From the NCBI GenBank assembly GCA_051306005.1, contig JBPPMJ010000003.1, forward strand, positions 97,764 through 161,763: a stretch of 64,000 nt of DNA. Reading direction: 5' to 3'. This DNA comes from Minisyncoccota bacterium (lineage in GTDB: Bacteria; Patescibacteriota; Minisyncoccia; Moranbacterales; UBA1568). Position 1 is the first letter of the stretch. The number at the start of each line of letters is the position of its first letter. The notes under the pieces were generated by a model. The model ran no database searches and had not been told where the DNA came from. It saw nothing but the letters and a program-made list of their open reading frames with translations. Both the position numbers and the translations under genes were made by a program. Shown here one piece after another: positions 19,026-28,354 of this stretch.

Positions 19026-19174
19026 AGAAACCAAACAAGAGTATACCGATACTATACCATACTCTATGTGAATAGTAGAGGTAACGAGAGTTGACGAGGG
19101 CTCTGATATTGTGGCACAGTACAGAGGATCAGGTTTGAGACAAATACTATGCTTCAAGAATGGCATGATCAACC

Positions 19175-19261
19175 GGAGGCGTGTGTGAGTGGTTGAAACA
19201 GACAGTCTTGAAAACTGTTATACCCGGAAGGGTATCGAAGGTTCGAATCCTTCCGCCTCCG
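19175..19261 (+). tRNA. tRNA-Ser(TGA), integration site
   Basis: GGAGGCG...ACAGT-CTTGAAA-ACTGT, long variable arm, GTTCGAATC...CGCCTCCG; followed by CAG rather than CCA. Confidence 0.95.
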
Positions 19262-19356
19262 CAGCTAGCTTGAAGTATCGAGAGACCCGAGAACCCTCTG
19301 TTTAAGCCAAAGAATAAATGGCAAAAAATAGAGAGTACACGGGACTCGAACTCAAG

Positions 19357-19391
19357 CACAATAAAACCGCCTTTTGGGCGGTTTTATTGTG
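19357..19391. terminator. Bidirectional terminator-like hairpin
   Basis: cacaataaaaccgcc-tttt-gggcggttttattgtg between convergent tRNA-Ser and the 19404 gene. Confidence 0.75.
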
Positions 19392-19403
19392 TCTTTAAAT
19401 TTT

Positions 19404-20048
19404 CTATAGATCGCTTATTTTTTCTCCCATCGGAGTACTAAGCGTCCATTTCATTTGTTTGGAATCAAAGTCGAGCATCTTGTTTATGAGCCCGATCTCA
19501 TGAGATTTCCACTCCTCAGGATAAGGATATGCATACTTCCCTTCCTGAATAAGCTTGCGACAATATTCCATATTAAGACATTCGTCGATAGTTTTTACTT
19601 TACCATCAGTGTCTTTTACCTTTCCGTAATTTATATCCCAATCTTTGTATTGTTGGAATTTAGCATCATCATTAAAGATGTGATAATTCCCGTTAGGATC
19701 TTTTTTATGAATTTGTTTAGCGAGTTTGATAAGATCTTCTTGCGAAGTCTCTGCTGGTATCATGATGTTTTTCCATTCCTGACCAGACTTATCATAAGTC
19801 TCTAAGTTCTTATAAGCGATGACTGCTTCACTCTCCTGTGGCACAGGAACGCTTTGTTCTTGAGCAATCGGAGCTGGTTCTTTAGTGACATCATCTTTTT
19901 TCTTCTCATCGGAGCTTCCGCCCACAATAAGGATAAAAAAGAATATTATTAAGCCAATTGCCCATCGTTTTTTGATGCGCTTCTTATACCAAGCTTTCTT
20001 TTCTGGAAGTTTTTGAGCCTCTCCAGAGGGCTGAGAATTACTCTCCAT
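19404..20048 (-). CDS. Membrane-anchored hypothetical protein
   Basis: Basic KKAWYKKR stretch, a single TM helix, charged linker, soluble domain; start MESN. Confidence 0.7.
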   Translation of the reverse strand: MESNSQPSGEAQKLPEKKAWYKKRIKKRWAIGLIIFFFILIVGGSSDEKKKDDVTKEPAPIAQEQSVPVPQESEAVIAYKNLETYDKSGQEWKNIMIPAETSQEDLIKLAKQIHKKDPNGNYHIFNDDAKFQQYKDWDINYGKVKDTDGKVKTIDECLNMEYCRKLIQEGKYAYPYPEEWKSHEIGLINKMLDFDSKQMKWTLSTPMGEKISDL

Positions 20049-20053
20049 ATGTT

Positions 20054-20200
20054 TGACGTAGGATTTATTAACTAATTTTTTAAGGTACAAAAAAGGTCCC
20101 CCAACCAAAGCTATAACTCTTTCGAGCTACCCAATGTCCTTTCGGAACACTGACCTACGTCAATAAGTGCCGGTCGGGAGACCGTCTTTATGACGTAGGT
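20054..20200 (-). ncRNA. Candidate cis-regulatory pseudoknotted RNA in a 5' leader
   Basis: 10-bp stem, 12-bp pseudoknot helix, two GAAA-tetraloop hairpins, alternative pairing partner next to the start codon. Confidence 0.5.
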
Positions 20201-20291
20201 GACTTTATTGCGCCATGCTCACATCGCTATGAGTTTAGGCTGGTTGTATCTGCATTATAGATTTTTAAAGGGCTTTTATCAACTGAATGCT

Positions 20292-21668
20292 TTATTTTAG
20301 GGTGGTTTCATACTCTTTTAGACTTAATGTTTTATTCTTTTTAATCACTAGGCGACTTTTTAGACTGCCTAGAAGTTCTCTCTTTTCAGCCATTTTTCCT
20401 TCTTTGAGAATGTATTTTGCATAGGCACGGATATCAAAAGGGGATTCCTCAGAAGTCTCTACTTTGCCGCTTAGCCGAAGCACTGATTTTTGAAAATGGT
20501 TATAGCGGTTAACCTCATCTTCAAATTGCCTTTTGAGACCAATTTCATTTATATCTATCTTATCGATCAGCTTTGTCATTTCCTCGATTAACAATTCTTC
20601 TCTCAGGTAGCCAAGTTTGCAACTATGATCTCGAGAGCGAGTACATCCGTAGTAAATATAAGTAGCGGTATTTCCATTCTTAAGTTTCTTGTACTTTTCA
20701 TCTGCGGTCACACCTGATCCGCAGAGACCACAAGTTATGAGCCGAGTGAAAGCAAACTCTTTTCCTTCTCTAATAATTCTTGCTCGTTTTAGTTGTTCTT
20801 GTACCAGATCAAAAAGTTCTTTAGAAATAAGGGGCTCATGTTTTCCTTGATACCAGTTACCGCTATTTCTAGGATATTCAAAGACTCCATAGTAAAAACT
20901 CGTTTGGAGTAAACGGTAGAGGTTACTTAGCGACATATGTTTATTACTCTTAGCTTTGAAGTTGAGATCAAACTTGAGCCAGTGGTATACTTTTCGTCCT
21001 GACCAATTTTCGTAAGCTACTTTTTCAAATATTTGTTTTACAATTGCAGATCGCATAGGGTCTATTTCTACGTGACTTTTACGGTCTGGCGTAATAGCGT
21101 TCAGATAACCAGTGGGAGCCATGGTTGGCCACAGTCCCATTTCACACCTCATTCGAAGTCCTCGTTTCACATTGATGCCTCGATTATCATTTTCTAGTTT
21201 TGCTTGCGATCCTAAGATCATCAGGAGGAATTTCTCGTTAGGGGAGTTGCTAAAGCTCTGGCCGTAGGTACGAATTTCATGCAGGAGCTGTTGATCCATG
21301 AGGTCTACTAGAGAACCTAAGTCACCAGCGTTTCTACTAAGTCTGTCTGGCGCCCATGTCAGAATAGCGTTGAAGCGACCTAAGCGAATATCATTTATAA
21401 GTTCGTTGTAAACTGGTCGTCCGCCTGAATTTTTAGCCGAGTGGCTTTCTCTCCGAATTTCTACAATCTCCAATCCATCCCTCTCGGCTATTTGAAGCAT
21501 CTCCTTAATCTGAGAGTCGATAGAAAGGACTTGCCGTTCCTCGGATTCCGTCGATTTTCGAGCGTAGAGGCAGTACTTCATCTGTAGGGGAGCTTCTATA
21601 TTCTTTGCCTCTGAAGCTGCCCGTAATTGCGTTATATGGTCGTTCATATCCCAATGAATGACAGACAT
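20292..21668 (-). CDS. Large serine recombinase (resolvase + recombinase + Zn ribbon)
   Basis: YCLYARKST (catalytic Ser), DRLSRN, APTGY, GKHEPLIS, CGLCG...YYGC. Confidence 0.95.
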   Translation of the reverse strand: MSVIHWDMNDHITQLRAASEAKNIEAPLQMKYCLYARKSTESEERQVLSIDSQIKEMLQIAERDGLEIVEIRRESHSAKNSGGRPVYNELINDIRLGRFNAILTWAPDRLSRNAGDLGSLVDLMDQQLLHEIRTYGQSFSNSPNEKFLLMILGSQAKLENDNRGINVKRGLRMRCEMGLWPTMAPTGYLNAITPDRKSHVEIDPMRSAIVKQIFEKVAYENWSGRKVYHWLKFDLNFKAKSNKHMSLSNLYRLLQTSFYYGVFEYPRNSGNWYQGKHEPLISKELFDLVQEQLKRARIIREGKEFAFTRLITCGLCGSGVTADEKYKKLKNGNTATYIYYGCTRSRDHSCKLGYLREELLIEEMTKLIDKIDINEIGLKRQFEDEVNRYNHFQKSVLRLSGKVETSEESPFDIRAYAKYILKEGKMAEKRELLGSLKSRLVIKKNKTLSLKEYETTLK

Positions 21669-21700
21669 CCCTAAACTAGTCTAGGCCCCTCCAAAAGCCC

Positions 21701-23158
21701 CTAAAATCCCTCTGGTTTCTCAGCAAAACCTCGGGAGCCTCTCTTATTGAGTTGTATGGCTTTCCCAGCCAATATGGAAAAAGCGTCTGCAAGATCATCG
21801 TGCTTTTCCTTTCCAAACCCCACGAGATTTTCTAGAAGATCCTCACAACCACTTTCTGGAAATTGAATTTTACCAGAAGTTACTAAATTACTTACAGACA
21901 TTAAACGGGCTCGTTTATCAGAAAATACTTGTACAGTTTCTGTACGATAGTAGTCTCTGTTTAATTGTTCCGCCGCAACACGTTGATAGCCAACGTCTTC
22001 AATGAGGATAATAACTTTTCCGTAGTGTTGAGTGGAATCGTGAAGCATTTTTATTGCAGAGAGTGTGTCTTCAAAATTTAATCTTTTCTCTATTGGATTC
22101 GGAAGTATGTATATTCTAAAGTCTTCTCCATACCCAGTAACTAATCCTACTACAAGAGCAGTAAAGTCAGCTGTTGATTTTTGGGAAATAGCTAAGTCAG
22201 TTCCAATGAGGACTCTTTTCCAGTGTTTGTCTGGTAGATTTTTATAATATTTAATTTGGTCATAGCTGAAGATTTGGTCGTCGTCAGGAATGATACGGAG
22301 GAGATATTCTCTTTGCCAAGCAATTTCGTTTCCAACTTTTTTTCTTTCTTTCTCAATCTCTGATTCATCGAGGTACTTCCCCTTCCAAAGAATCTCATCA
22401 TTTTCATTTAGTAGTGGATATTTCTTAAAAACTCCTTCACCAGATCCTTCTTCAATATCACTCTTTAAATGCATAAGGAGGGAATCTTCGTGAAGAAGAT
22501 TTCCGACTATCACCAGCTTGGTATTTTTATCACCAAGAGGAATAATTTCTCCTTTAAGCCAGTTGTATGTTTTTTGCCTCCCTTCTTTAGTTTTAGCTGA
22601 AGCCATATCTTCCACATCGTCACCGATAATCAGATCGGGACGGTGTTGTCCGTGACGCATCCCACGAATACTTTGTTCTGAAGAAGCAGCTGTAATACGG
22701 GCATTCATATTGGAAAAAACGAGTGAAGTTGATCCCCATTCGTCACTTTCTTCTTGAAATGGACCGAGGTCATTTTTAAGTAAGGTATTATTCTCGAGCT
22801 CTCTTTTTAAGTTAGTCATATGTTGCTTTGCCTGAGTTCTTGTTTGGCAAAGGATAACAACAAACTTCTTTTGCTGTTTACCAAGGATTGCCCAGATAGG
22901 ATAGGAAGTGGTAATGATAGTGGATTTACCAGATCCACGGAAAGCTACGATATAGAGGTTTTTGATAGTCTCGTCTTCCGTAAGGTTGAAAATTTCCCTT
23001 TGAAACTGAGCAGTTTCATACTTTACATAGTGAGCAAAGTAAAGGTGAAAAAACATAAAATGACTTTGCTGAGTAATAGCAATACGTACAGTTCTATCGG
23101 CAATCATTCTATCTATTACCTCATCAGGTATTTGTTTACTTATTTTTGACATCTCCAT
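21701..23158 (-). CDS. Phage terminase large subunit
   Basis: AFRGSGKST Walker A, IRGMRH..RPDLIIGDDVED Walker B, GTDLAIS and HDDLADA RNase H-like nuclease. Confidence 0.9.
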   Translation of the reverse strand: MEMSKISKQIPDEVIDRMIADRTVRIAITQQSHFMFFHLYFAHYVKYETAQFQREIFNLTEDETIKNLYIVAFRGSGKSTIITTSYPIWAILGKQQKKFVVILCQTRTQAKQHMTNLKRELENNTLLKNDLGPFQEESDEWGSTSLVFSNMNARITAASSEQSIRGMRHGQHRPDLIIGDDVEDMASAKTKEGRQKTYNWLKGEIIPLGDKNTKLVIVGNLLHEDSLLMHLKSDIEEGSGEGVFKKYPLLNENDEILWKGKYLDESEIEKERKKVGNEIAWQREYLLRIIPDDDQIFSYDQIKYYKNLPDKHWKRVLIGTDLAISQKSTADFTALVVGLVTGYGEDFRIYILPNPIEKRLNFEDTLSAIKMLHDSTQHYGKVIILIEDVGYQRVAAEQLNRDYYRTETVQVFSDKRARLMSVSNLVTSGKIQFPESGCEDLLENLVGFGKEKHDDLADAFSILAGKAIQLNKRGSRGFAEKPEGF

Positions 23159-23534
23159 TATCGTTAATGGCCGCTAAACGTAAAGCTTCTCTCACCACTT
23201 CTTCTTGCTCGGGAGTGAGGTTTTCTTGTTTCTCTATTTTAGCTGTCACCTTTACTCGTTCCTTAAACTTCTCATGACGGTGATTGAGCCAGAATCTAAT
23301 AGCAGGAAAATTCTTTTCTCTGATGAGAGTGATAAGTTGGGATTCACCCATATCGTTAACCAGAGCCTCTCCTTCAGAGAGGGCTTCTTCAAGACTCTTC
23401 TTAAACTTCTTATCCTTATCTCGCCAGCGATATATGGTAGCTCGCGAAACACCTGATTTTTCACAAGCCACTTGGATAATGGGAACTCGTTTTAAGTTCT
23501 CAAGAAAGAGTTTTTTAGTGGCATGAGTTTTCAT
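23136..23534 (-). CDS. HTH protein, probable terminase small subunit
   Basis: IQVACEKSGVSRATIYRWRDKD HTH, AIRFWL; overlaps the terL start. Confidence 0.75.
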   Translation of the reverse strand: MKTHATKKLFLENLKRVPIIQVACEKSGVSRATIYRWRDKDKKFKKSLEEALSEGEALVNDMGESQLITLIREKNFPAIRFWLNHRHEKFKERVKVTAKIEKQENLTPEQEEVVREALRLAAINDNGDVKNK

Positions 23535-24304
23535 ATGCGTTTTGCTTTAATACCAAAAGTTTTCTCAAAACGATCAATGACAGTCTGGCAGTACTCGGGA
23601 TCAAGTTCTATGAGAACACATTTACGCTTAGTTTGTTCACAAGCCATCATAGTAGAACCTGAGCCACCAAAGCAGTCATAGACAACATCATCAATGGCAC
23701 TGCTATTTAGAATAAGTCTCCTTAGTAAACCAATTGGTTTTTGAGTAGGATGGAGAGCACTTTTGTTTGGCTTGGGGCAAAAAAGAATAGATTTATCTTT
23801 TCCCTTATGAAAGAGATGGGTTCCATACCAGCCAACGGCAATAAGCTCGTGCATCGGTAAGTAATCTTTCCGTCCGATGACAGGGTGATTTTTAATCCAG
23901 ATGACAAGTTGTGAAAATTTCAATCCCGCTTCTTTCATGCCATCCCGAAGAGCAAAGACCATAAGGTCAGAGTTAAAGATGTAGAAGGTATTCTTTTTGG
24001 AGAGGTAGGGCAGAAGGGGAGTGATCCAGTCTTTGGTAAATTTGGCATACTCAGACTCTGAAGTAATATCATCATTTAAGATATTCTTATTAACTTTCAC
24101 TTGGCTAAAGCCGACCTTACTTTCGGTGTAGAGTACGCCGTAAGGGACATCAGTTAATACGAGAGATACTCTTGTATCTTTGAGTGCCTTATATATCAAG
24201 TTTGTATCTCGAGCATCTCCACAAATAAGGATATGATCTCCAATCCGAAATTGATCACCGTACCTAATTAAGTTTTCTGGCTTTTTGGTTGGTAAGTTTT
24301 TCAT
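23531..24304 (-). CDS. N4/N6 DNA methyltransferase
   Basis: LICGD, TDVPY, HPTQKP, DCFGGSGST, IELDPEYC. Confidence 0.88.
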   Translation of the reverse strand: MKNLPTKKPENLIRYGDQFRIGDHILICGDARDTNLIYKALKDTRVSLVLTDVPYGVLYTESKVGFSQVKVNKNILNDDITSESEYAKFTKDWITPLLPYLSKKNTFYIFNSDLMVFALRDGMKEAGLKFSQLVIWIKNHPVIGRKDYLPMHELIAVGWYGTHLFHKGKDKSILFCPKPNKSALHPTQKPIGLLRRLILNSSAIDDVVYDCFGGSGSTMMACEQTKRKCVLIELDPEYCQTVIDRFEKTFGIKAKRI

Positions 24305-25538
24305 AGCGGTTGATAATTAAATCACAAAATATAGGTTCTATTTCTACAAGGTAGACTTTGCGTTTAAGTTGCTCGCCAGCGATTAGGCTACTACCTGAAC
24401 CACCAAAGCCATCGAAGATAATGTCACCTGGCTTCGTACATCTGCGAATAGCTTTTTCATAGACGGTAGGTGGTTTCATAGTCGGGTGCTCGTATTCATT
24501 ACCCGCTAAACGTTTCACAAGCCAGATGTCTATAAGATCAAGAACATCATCAATAAGACGATTTCCCGTACTGACATCTTTATTCATAACTTCATTGAGA
24601 CTCTGTTCATTTTTAGAGAGATAAGGCTTACCTTTGATGCCGTAGACACAGGGTTCATAGCATTTACTAAACGCCACTCCCGGGGTAGGATTTTGACCAT
24701 TCTTAATCCATAAGCATACCCGTTTATTTTGAATACCAGATTCTCGATAGAGCTCTTGAAGAAGTCCAATGTAAACTTCGTCGCACCAGTAGAAAATATG
24801 GCAGGCATCATGAGAGATACTAAGAGCATTATCAAGGCTTTGCTTGAGAAACTTTTTGTACTCTGTATCAGTCTTTTGATCTTTGGTTTTACCACCGTAT
24901 GATTGTTTGCCGCCCACTCCCGAATCATATGAAAGCCCTATATTGTATATGGGATCAGAAAATATCATGTGAGCTTTTTCTTTTCCGAAGAGTTTTGATA
25001 TGACATCAGAATCTGTAGTATCTCCACAAATCAGTTTGTGTATACCAAGCTGATATATGTCACCAAGTTTTGTCTTCGGCTTTTTTATTTTTTCTAATTC
25101 TTTTTCAAGCCGAAAATCATCGTCCTCAGTTTCTAGGTATCCATCCCAGATTTGAGAAAGATCGTCTTCGTTGAATCCAATATCTAGAAGTAACCCGACA
25201 TCAAAAGATTTGAGTTTTTCAAAATCCCAATCTCCACCGACAGCATTGCTAGTGAGCATGTACTGTTCATACTCTTTTGAAGTGAGTTTGCGGTTAGGCA
25301 CTCGTACATCTATTTCTTCATCTCCTCGACCGAGAATTTGTAGTACCTTAATACGCTGATGACCAGCAATTATCTTACCATCTGTATCAATTGCGGGGAT
25401 CTCGACTAAATTGAACTTTTTGAGACTCTTCTTGAGGTCATTTACCTGCTTCTCGCTTATAGTGCGAGGATTCTTCTCGTAGGCGAGAAGGTTTTTTACG
25501 AAACGCTTTTCTGTCTGCCATACTAGTTTTTGAGACAT
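24264..25538 (-). CDS. ParB-like N-terminal domain + N4/N6 DNA methyltransferase
   Basis: KNPR..IIAGHQR (ParB); SDPIY, HPTMKP, DGFGGSGS. Confidence 0.9.
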   Translation of the reverse strand: MSQKLVWQTEKRFVKNLLAYEKNPRTISEKQVNDLKKSLKKFNLVEIPAIDTDGKIIAGHQRIKVLQILGRGDEEIDVRVPNRKLTSKEYEQYMLTSNAVGGDWDFEKLKSFDVGLLLDIGFNEDDLSQIWDGYLETEDDDFRLEKELEKIKKPKTKLGDIYQLGIHKLICGDTTDSDVISKLFGKEKAHMIFSDPIYNIGLSYDSGVGGKQSYGGKTKDQKTDTEYKKFLKQSLDNALSISHDACHIFYWCDEVYIGLLQELYRESGIQNKRVCLWIKNGQNPTPGVAFSKCYEPCVYGIKGKPYLSKNEQSLNEVMNKDVSTGNRLIDDVLDLIDIWLVKRLAGNEYEHPTMKPPTVYEKAIRRCTKPGDIIFDGFGGSGSSLIAGEQLKRKVYLVEIEPIFCDLIINRYEKLTNQKARKLN

Positions 25539-25626
25539 AATATTGTTTTTATTACTTATGCCTCAATTATGAAGTCAAAAAAATCGCCTTCATTTAGGCG
25601 ATTTGAATGCGTTTTATTAATACTAG

Positions 25627-26541
25627 CTATCTTTTCTTCACACGGTCCCGTATAGCTGAAAGTGATAAGTGTTCAAATTCGGGTCTATCTTTTATGTCTT
25701 TGAAGATTTTCATATCTAGCCTACCAAGCTTTTTGCTTTCATTATAAATTTTAAGTATTTTTTTAGTCTCATTAGCTTTTCTAGGGCTTTTTCTAACTCT
25801 CCCGACTGAATATGGATACTTCTTTTTGAAAATATTAAGAGGATCTTTTTCGATAAAATCAATCAATTCTTTTTTTGTAGTATCAATATCAAAGCTTATT
25901 GATTTTTTTGGTTTTTTACCGACAGGAACTCCATATTCATATTGGAAAGAGATTCCGGGATCTGCAGGAATAATTGTGTTAAAGAGTAAGAGTTCAACTA
26001 TGGCATCATAATATCTCCAAGGTAAATTCCATTTTTTCAATAGATAATGAGCCGCACCAAAAACGCTTTCGTTAACTATTTGTGAGGCGTACTTTAATTT
26101 AGCGGGAGTACTTTTTAGATTGGTGCCATCAGCCCAGCTAAAAAACCATCTTCTGTATTCAGGACTTATTGTCTGAGGAAAAATATTGGTATAGATCTTG
26201 TTTATCTCAGTTCTATTAGGAATCATGAAAGCACTATTTGTAGGACTTATTTTAAGAGCTGAACGAACTTCTTTTAGAAGTTTTTGATTATTAAATGAAT
26301 CGAGTAATTCAAGATGAATCATATCTTTATGCTCTCGATTAGCTTTTTTGTAAGAAGCAGTAGTATTGCGAATAACTATTGGAGGAATAAAAAACAGACG
26401 TCTCTCTAAATCTTTTAAATCATTCAGAGAGTAGTCTAACTTTAAGAAATGAGTCTCTTTTAGAGTCTTCCTTGAAATAGGAATGTATTGCTTCAATAGT
26501 GGAGATTTATTACATTCTCCAATAAATCTCTTGATATCCAT
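25627..26541 (-). CDS. Hypothetical protein with basic C-terminus (possible DNA-binding)
   Basis: 304-aa ORF divergent from the HTH gene; no family recognised. Confidence 0.65.
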   Translation of the reverse strand: MDIKRFIGECNKSPLLKQYIPISRKTLKETHFLKLDYSLNDLKDLERRLFFIPPIVIRNTTASYKKANREHKDMIHLELLDSFNNQKLLKEVRSALKISPTNSAFMIPNRTEINKIYTNIFPQTISPEYRRWFFSWADGTNLKSTPAKLKYASQIVNESVFGAAHYLLKKWNLPWRYYDAIVELLLFNTIIPADPGISFQYEYGVPVGKKPKKSISFDIDTTKKELIDFIEKDPLNIFKKKYPYSVGRVRKSPRKANETKKILKIYNESKKLGRLDMKIFKDIKDRPEFEHLSLSAIRDRVKKR

Positions 26542-26601
26542 AGAAAATCTTTACTTTACGGAAGTCTTACTTTGTTGTAAACTAATGGTAACTCAAATTT
26601 T

Positions 26602-26802
26602 ATGAAGAATCAACCAAAGAAAACTGAAGATTACCCAGATATTCTAACTCTTCAAGAAGCATGTGAGCTTCTAAACTGCCATCCAAATACTCTTCGTAAC
26701 TGGGATAACAAGGGTATTTTAAAGGCTATACGATTTGGGACAAGAAAAGACAGAAGGTATAAGAAAGAAGACGTTCTTAATGTTATCAATGAAAGTCATT
26801 AA
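26602..26802 (+). CDS. MerR-like/excisionase-type HTH protein
   Basis: LTLQEACELLNCHPNTLRNWD..G...RRY. Confidence 0.85.
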   Translation: MKNQPKKTEDYPDILTLQEACELLNCHPNTLRNWDNKGILKAIRFGTRKDRRYKKEDVLNVINESH

Positions 26803-26805
26803 AGT

Positions 26806-28350
26806 ATGCCGACATTAAACTGGATTGGAAAAGAAGCGGTAGTAAATCATGATAAAGAGGTTCCTTTTAGACTGTTAAAAAAAGTGAAATCTGCTTCTGC
26901 GGGGAATAATTCTCAGAATCTTATTGTGCATGGAGACAATCTCGAAGCCCTAAAAGCACTTATGCCGTATTATGGTGGGAAAGTGAAGTGTGTCTATATT
27001 GATCCCCCGTATAATACTGGCAATGAAAGTTGGGTTTATAACGATAAAGTAAACTCACCTAAGATTAAAAAGTGGCTAGGAAAAGTAGTAGGAAAAGAGT
27101 TGGAGGATCTTTGTCGCCACGACAAGTGGCTTTGTATGATGTATCCAAGAATGAGTCTACTACGCGATCTGATGTCGGAAGATGGAGCTTTTTTTGTTTC
27201 TATTGACGATGATGAAGGGCAGTATTTGAAAGCAATGCTTGATGAAATATTTGGTAGAGAGAACTTTCTTACTACTATTATTTGGCATAAAAAACATACC
27301 TCGGCTAATGATGCGAGATTCTTCTCTGATAATCATGACTACATTCTTGTTTACACAAAAAATATTAATAAATTCAATATCAATTTATTACCTAGAGAAG
27401 CAATACATGATTCTCGTTATACTAATATAGATAATGATTCTCGCGGTCCTTGGGCTTCGGGTCCTTGTCATGTTAAAACTCCAAGTGCTAAAGACATTTA
27501 TGAGATAACTACACCAAGTGGTAGAAAAGTCTGGCCGCCTAAAAGTACTAGTTGGCGATTTTCTGAAAAGAAATTTGCTGAACTAGTGAAAGATAATCGT
27601 ATTTGGTTTGGTGAGAAGGGAGGTAACATTCCACGCTATAAAAGATTCTTAACAGATGTGCAGCAAGGCATTATTCCTAAGACAATGTGGCTAAGAGATG
27701 AAGTGGGAGATAATCAGGAAGCTAAATCAGAAGTAAAAGATTTAGTTCCGAATAGCCCATTTAATACTCCAAAGCCTACTCGTTTAATTAAGCGTATTTT
27801 ACAACTTTCGACCGATAAGGATTCTATTGTTTTTGATTCTTTCGCTGGCTCTGGGACTACTGGACAGGCAGTCCTGGATCTTAATAAAGAAGACGGAGGA
27901 AATAGAAAATTTGTCCTTGTTGAAATGGAAGATTCTGTAGCGAAAGATATTACAGCTGAAAGAATTAAACGAGCAATTAAAAAGTTCGATTATCAAGACG
28001 GATTTGAGTATTGTGAGTTAAGTGAACCTCTCTTTGATGAGAATGGGCAAATTGAAGAATCCTGTGATTTTAATCAATTTGCAACCTATCTTTATTTTAC
28101 CGAAACACAGACTAATATCGATAAAAATGAGATAAACGGAAATTTCATCGGAAAACACAATGAAAGAGAATATCACCTAATATACAAAGAGAAAGGGGAA
28201 AATGTATTGAGCAAACCCTTTCTAAAGAAACTGCCAAAGAATAATACAATTAAGGTTGTGTATGCAGATAGATGCACTTTAGATGAGGAAGTATTAGATA
28301 AATACAATATTATTTTTAAGCAGATCCCTTACGAAGTTAAAGTTTATTAA
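26806..28350 (+). CDS. mod: Type III restriction-modification methyltransferase (Mod)
   Basis: MPTLNWIGK, GDNLEALK, YIDPPYNTG, FNTPKP, DSFAGSGTT. Confidence 0.92.
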   Translation: MPTLNWIGKEAVVNHDKEVPFRLLKKVKSASAGNNSQNLIVHGDNLEALKALMPYYGGKVKCVYIDPPYNTGNESWVYNDKVNSPKIKKWLGKVVGKELEDLCRHDKWLCMMYPRMSLLRDLMSEDGAFFVSIDDDEGQYLKAMLDEIFGRENFLTTIIWHKKHTSANDARFFSDNHDYILVYTKNINKFNINLLPREAIHDSRYTNIDNDSRGPWASGPCHVKTPSAKDIYEITTPSGRKVWPPKSTSWRFSEKKFAELVKDNRIWFGEKGGNIPRYKRFLTDVQQGIIPKTMWLRDEVGDNQEAKSEVKDLVPNSPFNTPKPTRLIKRILQLSTDKDSIVFDSFAGSGTTGQAVLDLNKEDGGNRKFVLVEMEDSVAKDITAERIKRAIKKFDYQDGFEYCELSEPLFDENGQIEESCDFNQFATYLYFTETQTNIDKNEINGNFIGKHNEREYHLIYKEKGENVLSKPFLKKLPKNNTIKVVYADRCTLDEEVLDKYNIIFKQIPYEVKVY

Positions 28351-28354
28351 ATCT

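Noticed and set aside
19331-19353. gagagtacacgggactcgaactc, resembling an antisense tRNA T-arm (possible old att scar)
   Set aside because: Too short, with no clear match to a tRNA in the window.
20095-20200. Assignment of the leader RNA to the c-di-GMP-I riboswitch or HDV-like ribozyme
   Set aside because: It lacks the GCAAA..GAAA..GACGCAAAGC core and has no room for the HDV P3/L3 element; left unassigned.
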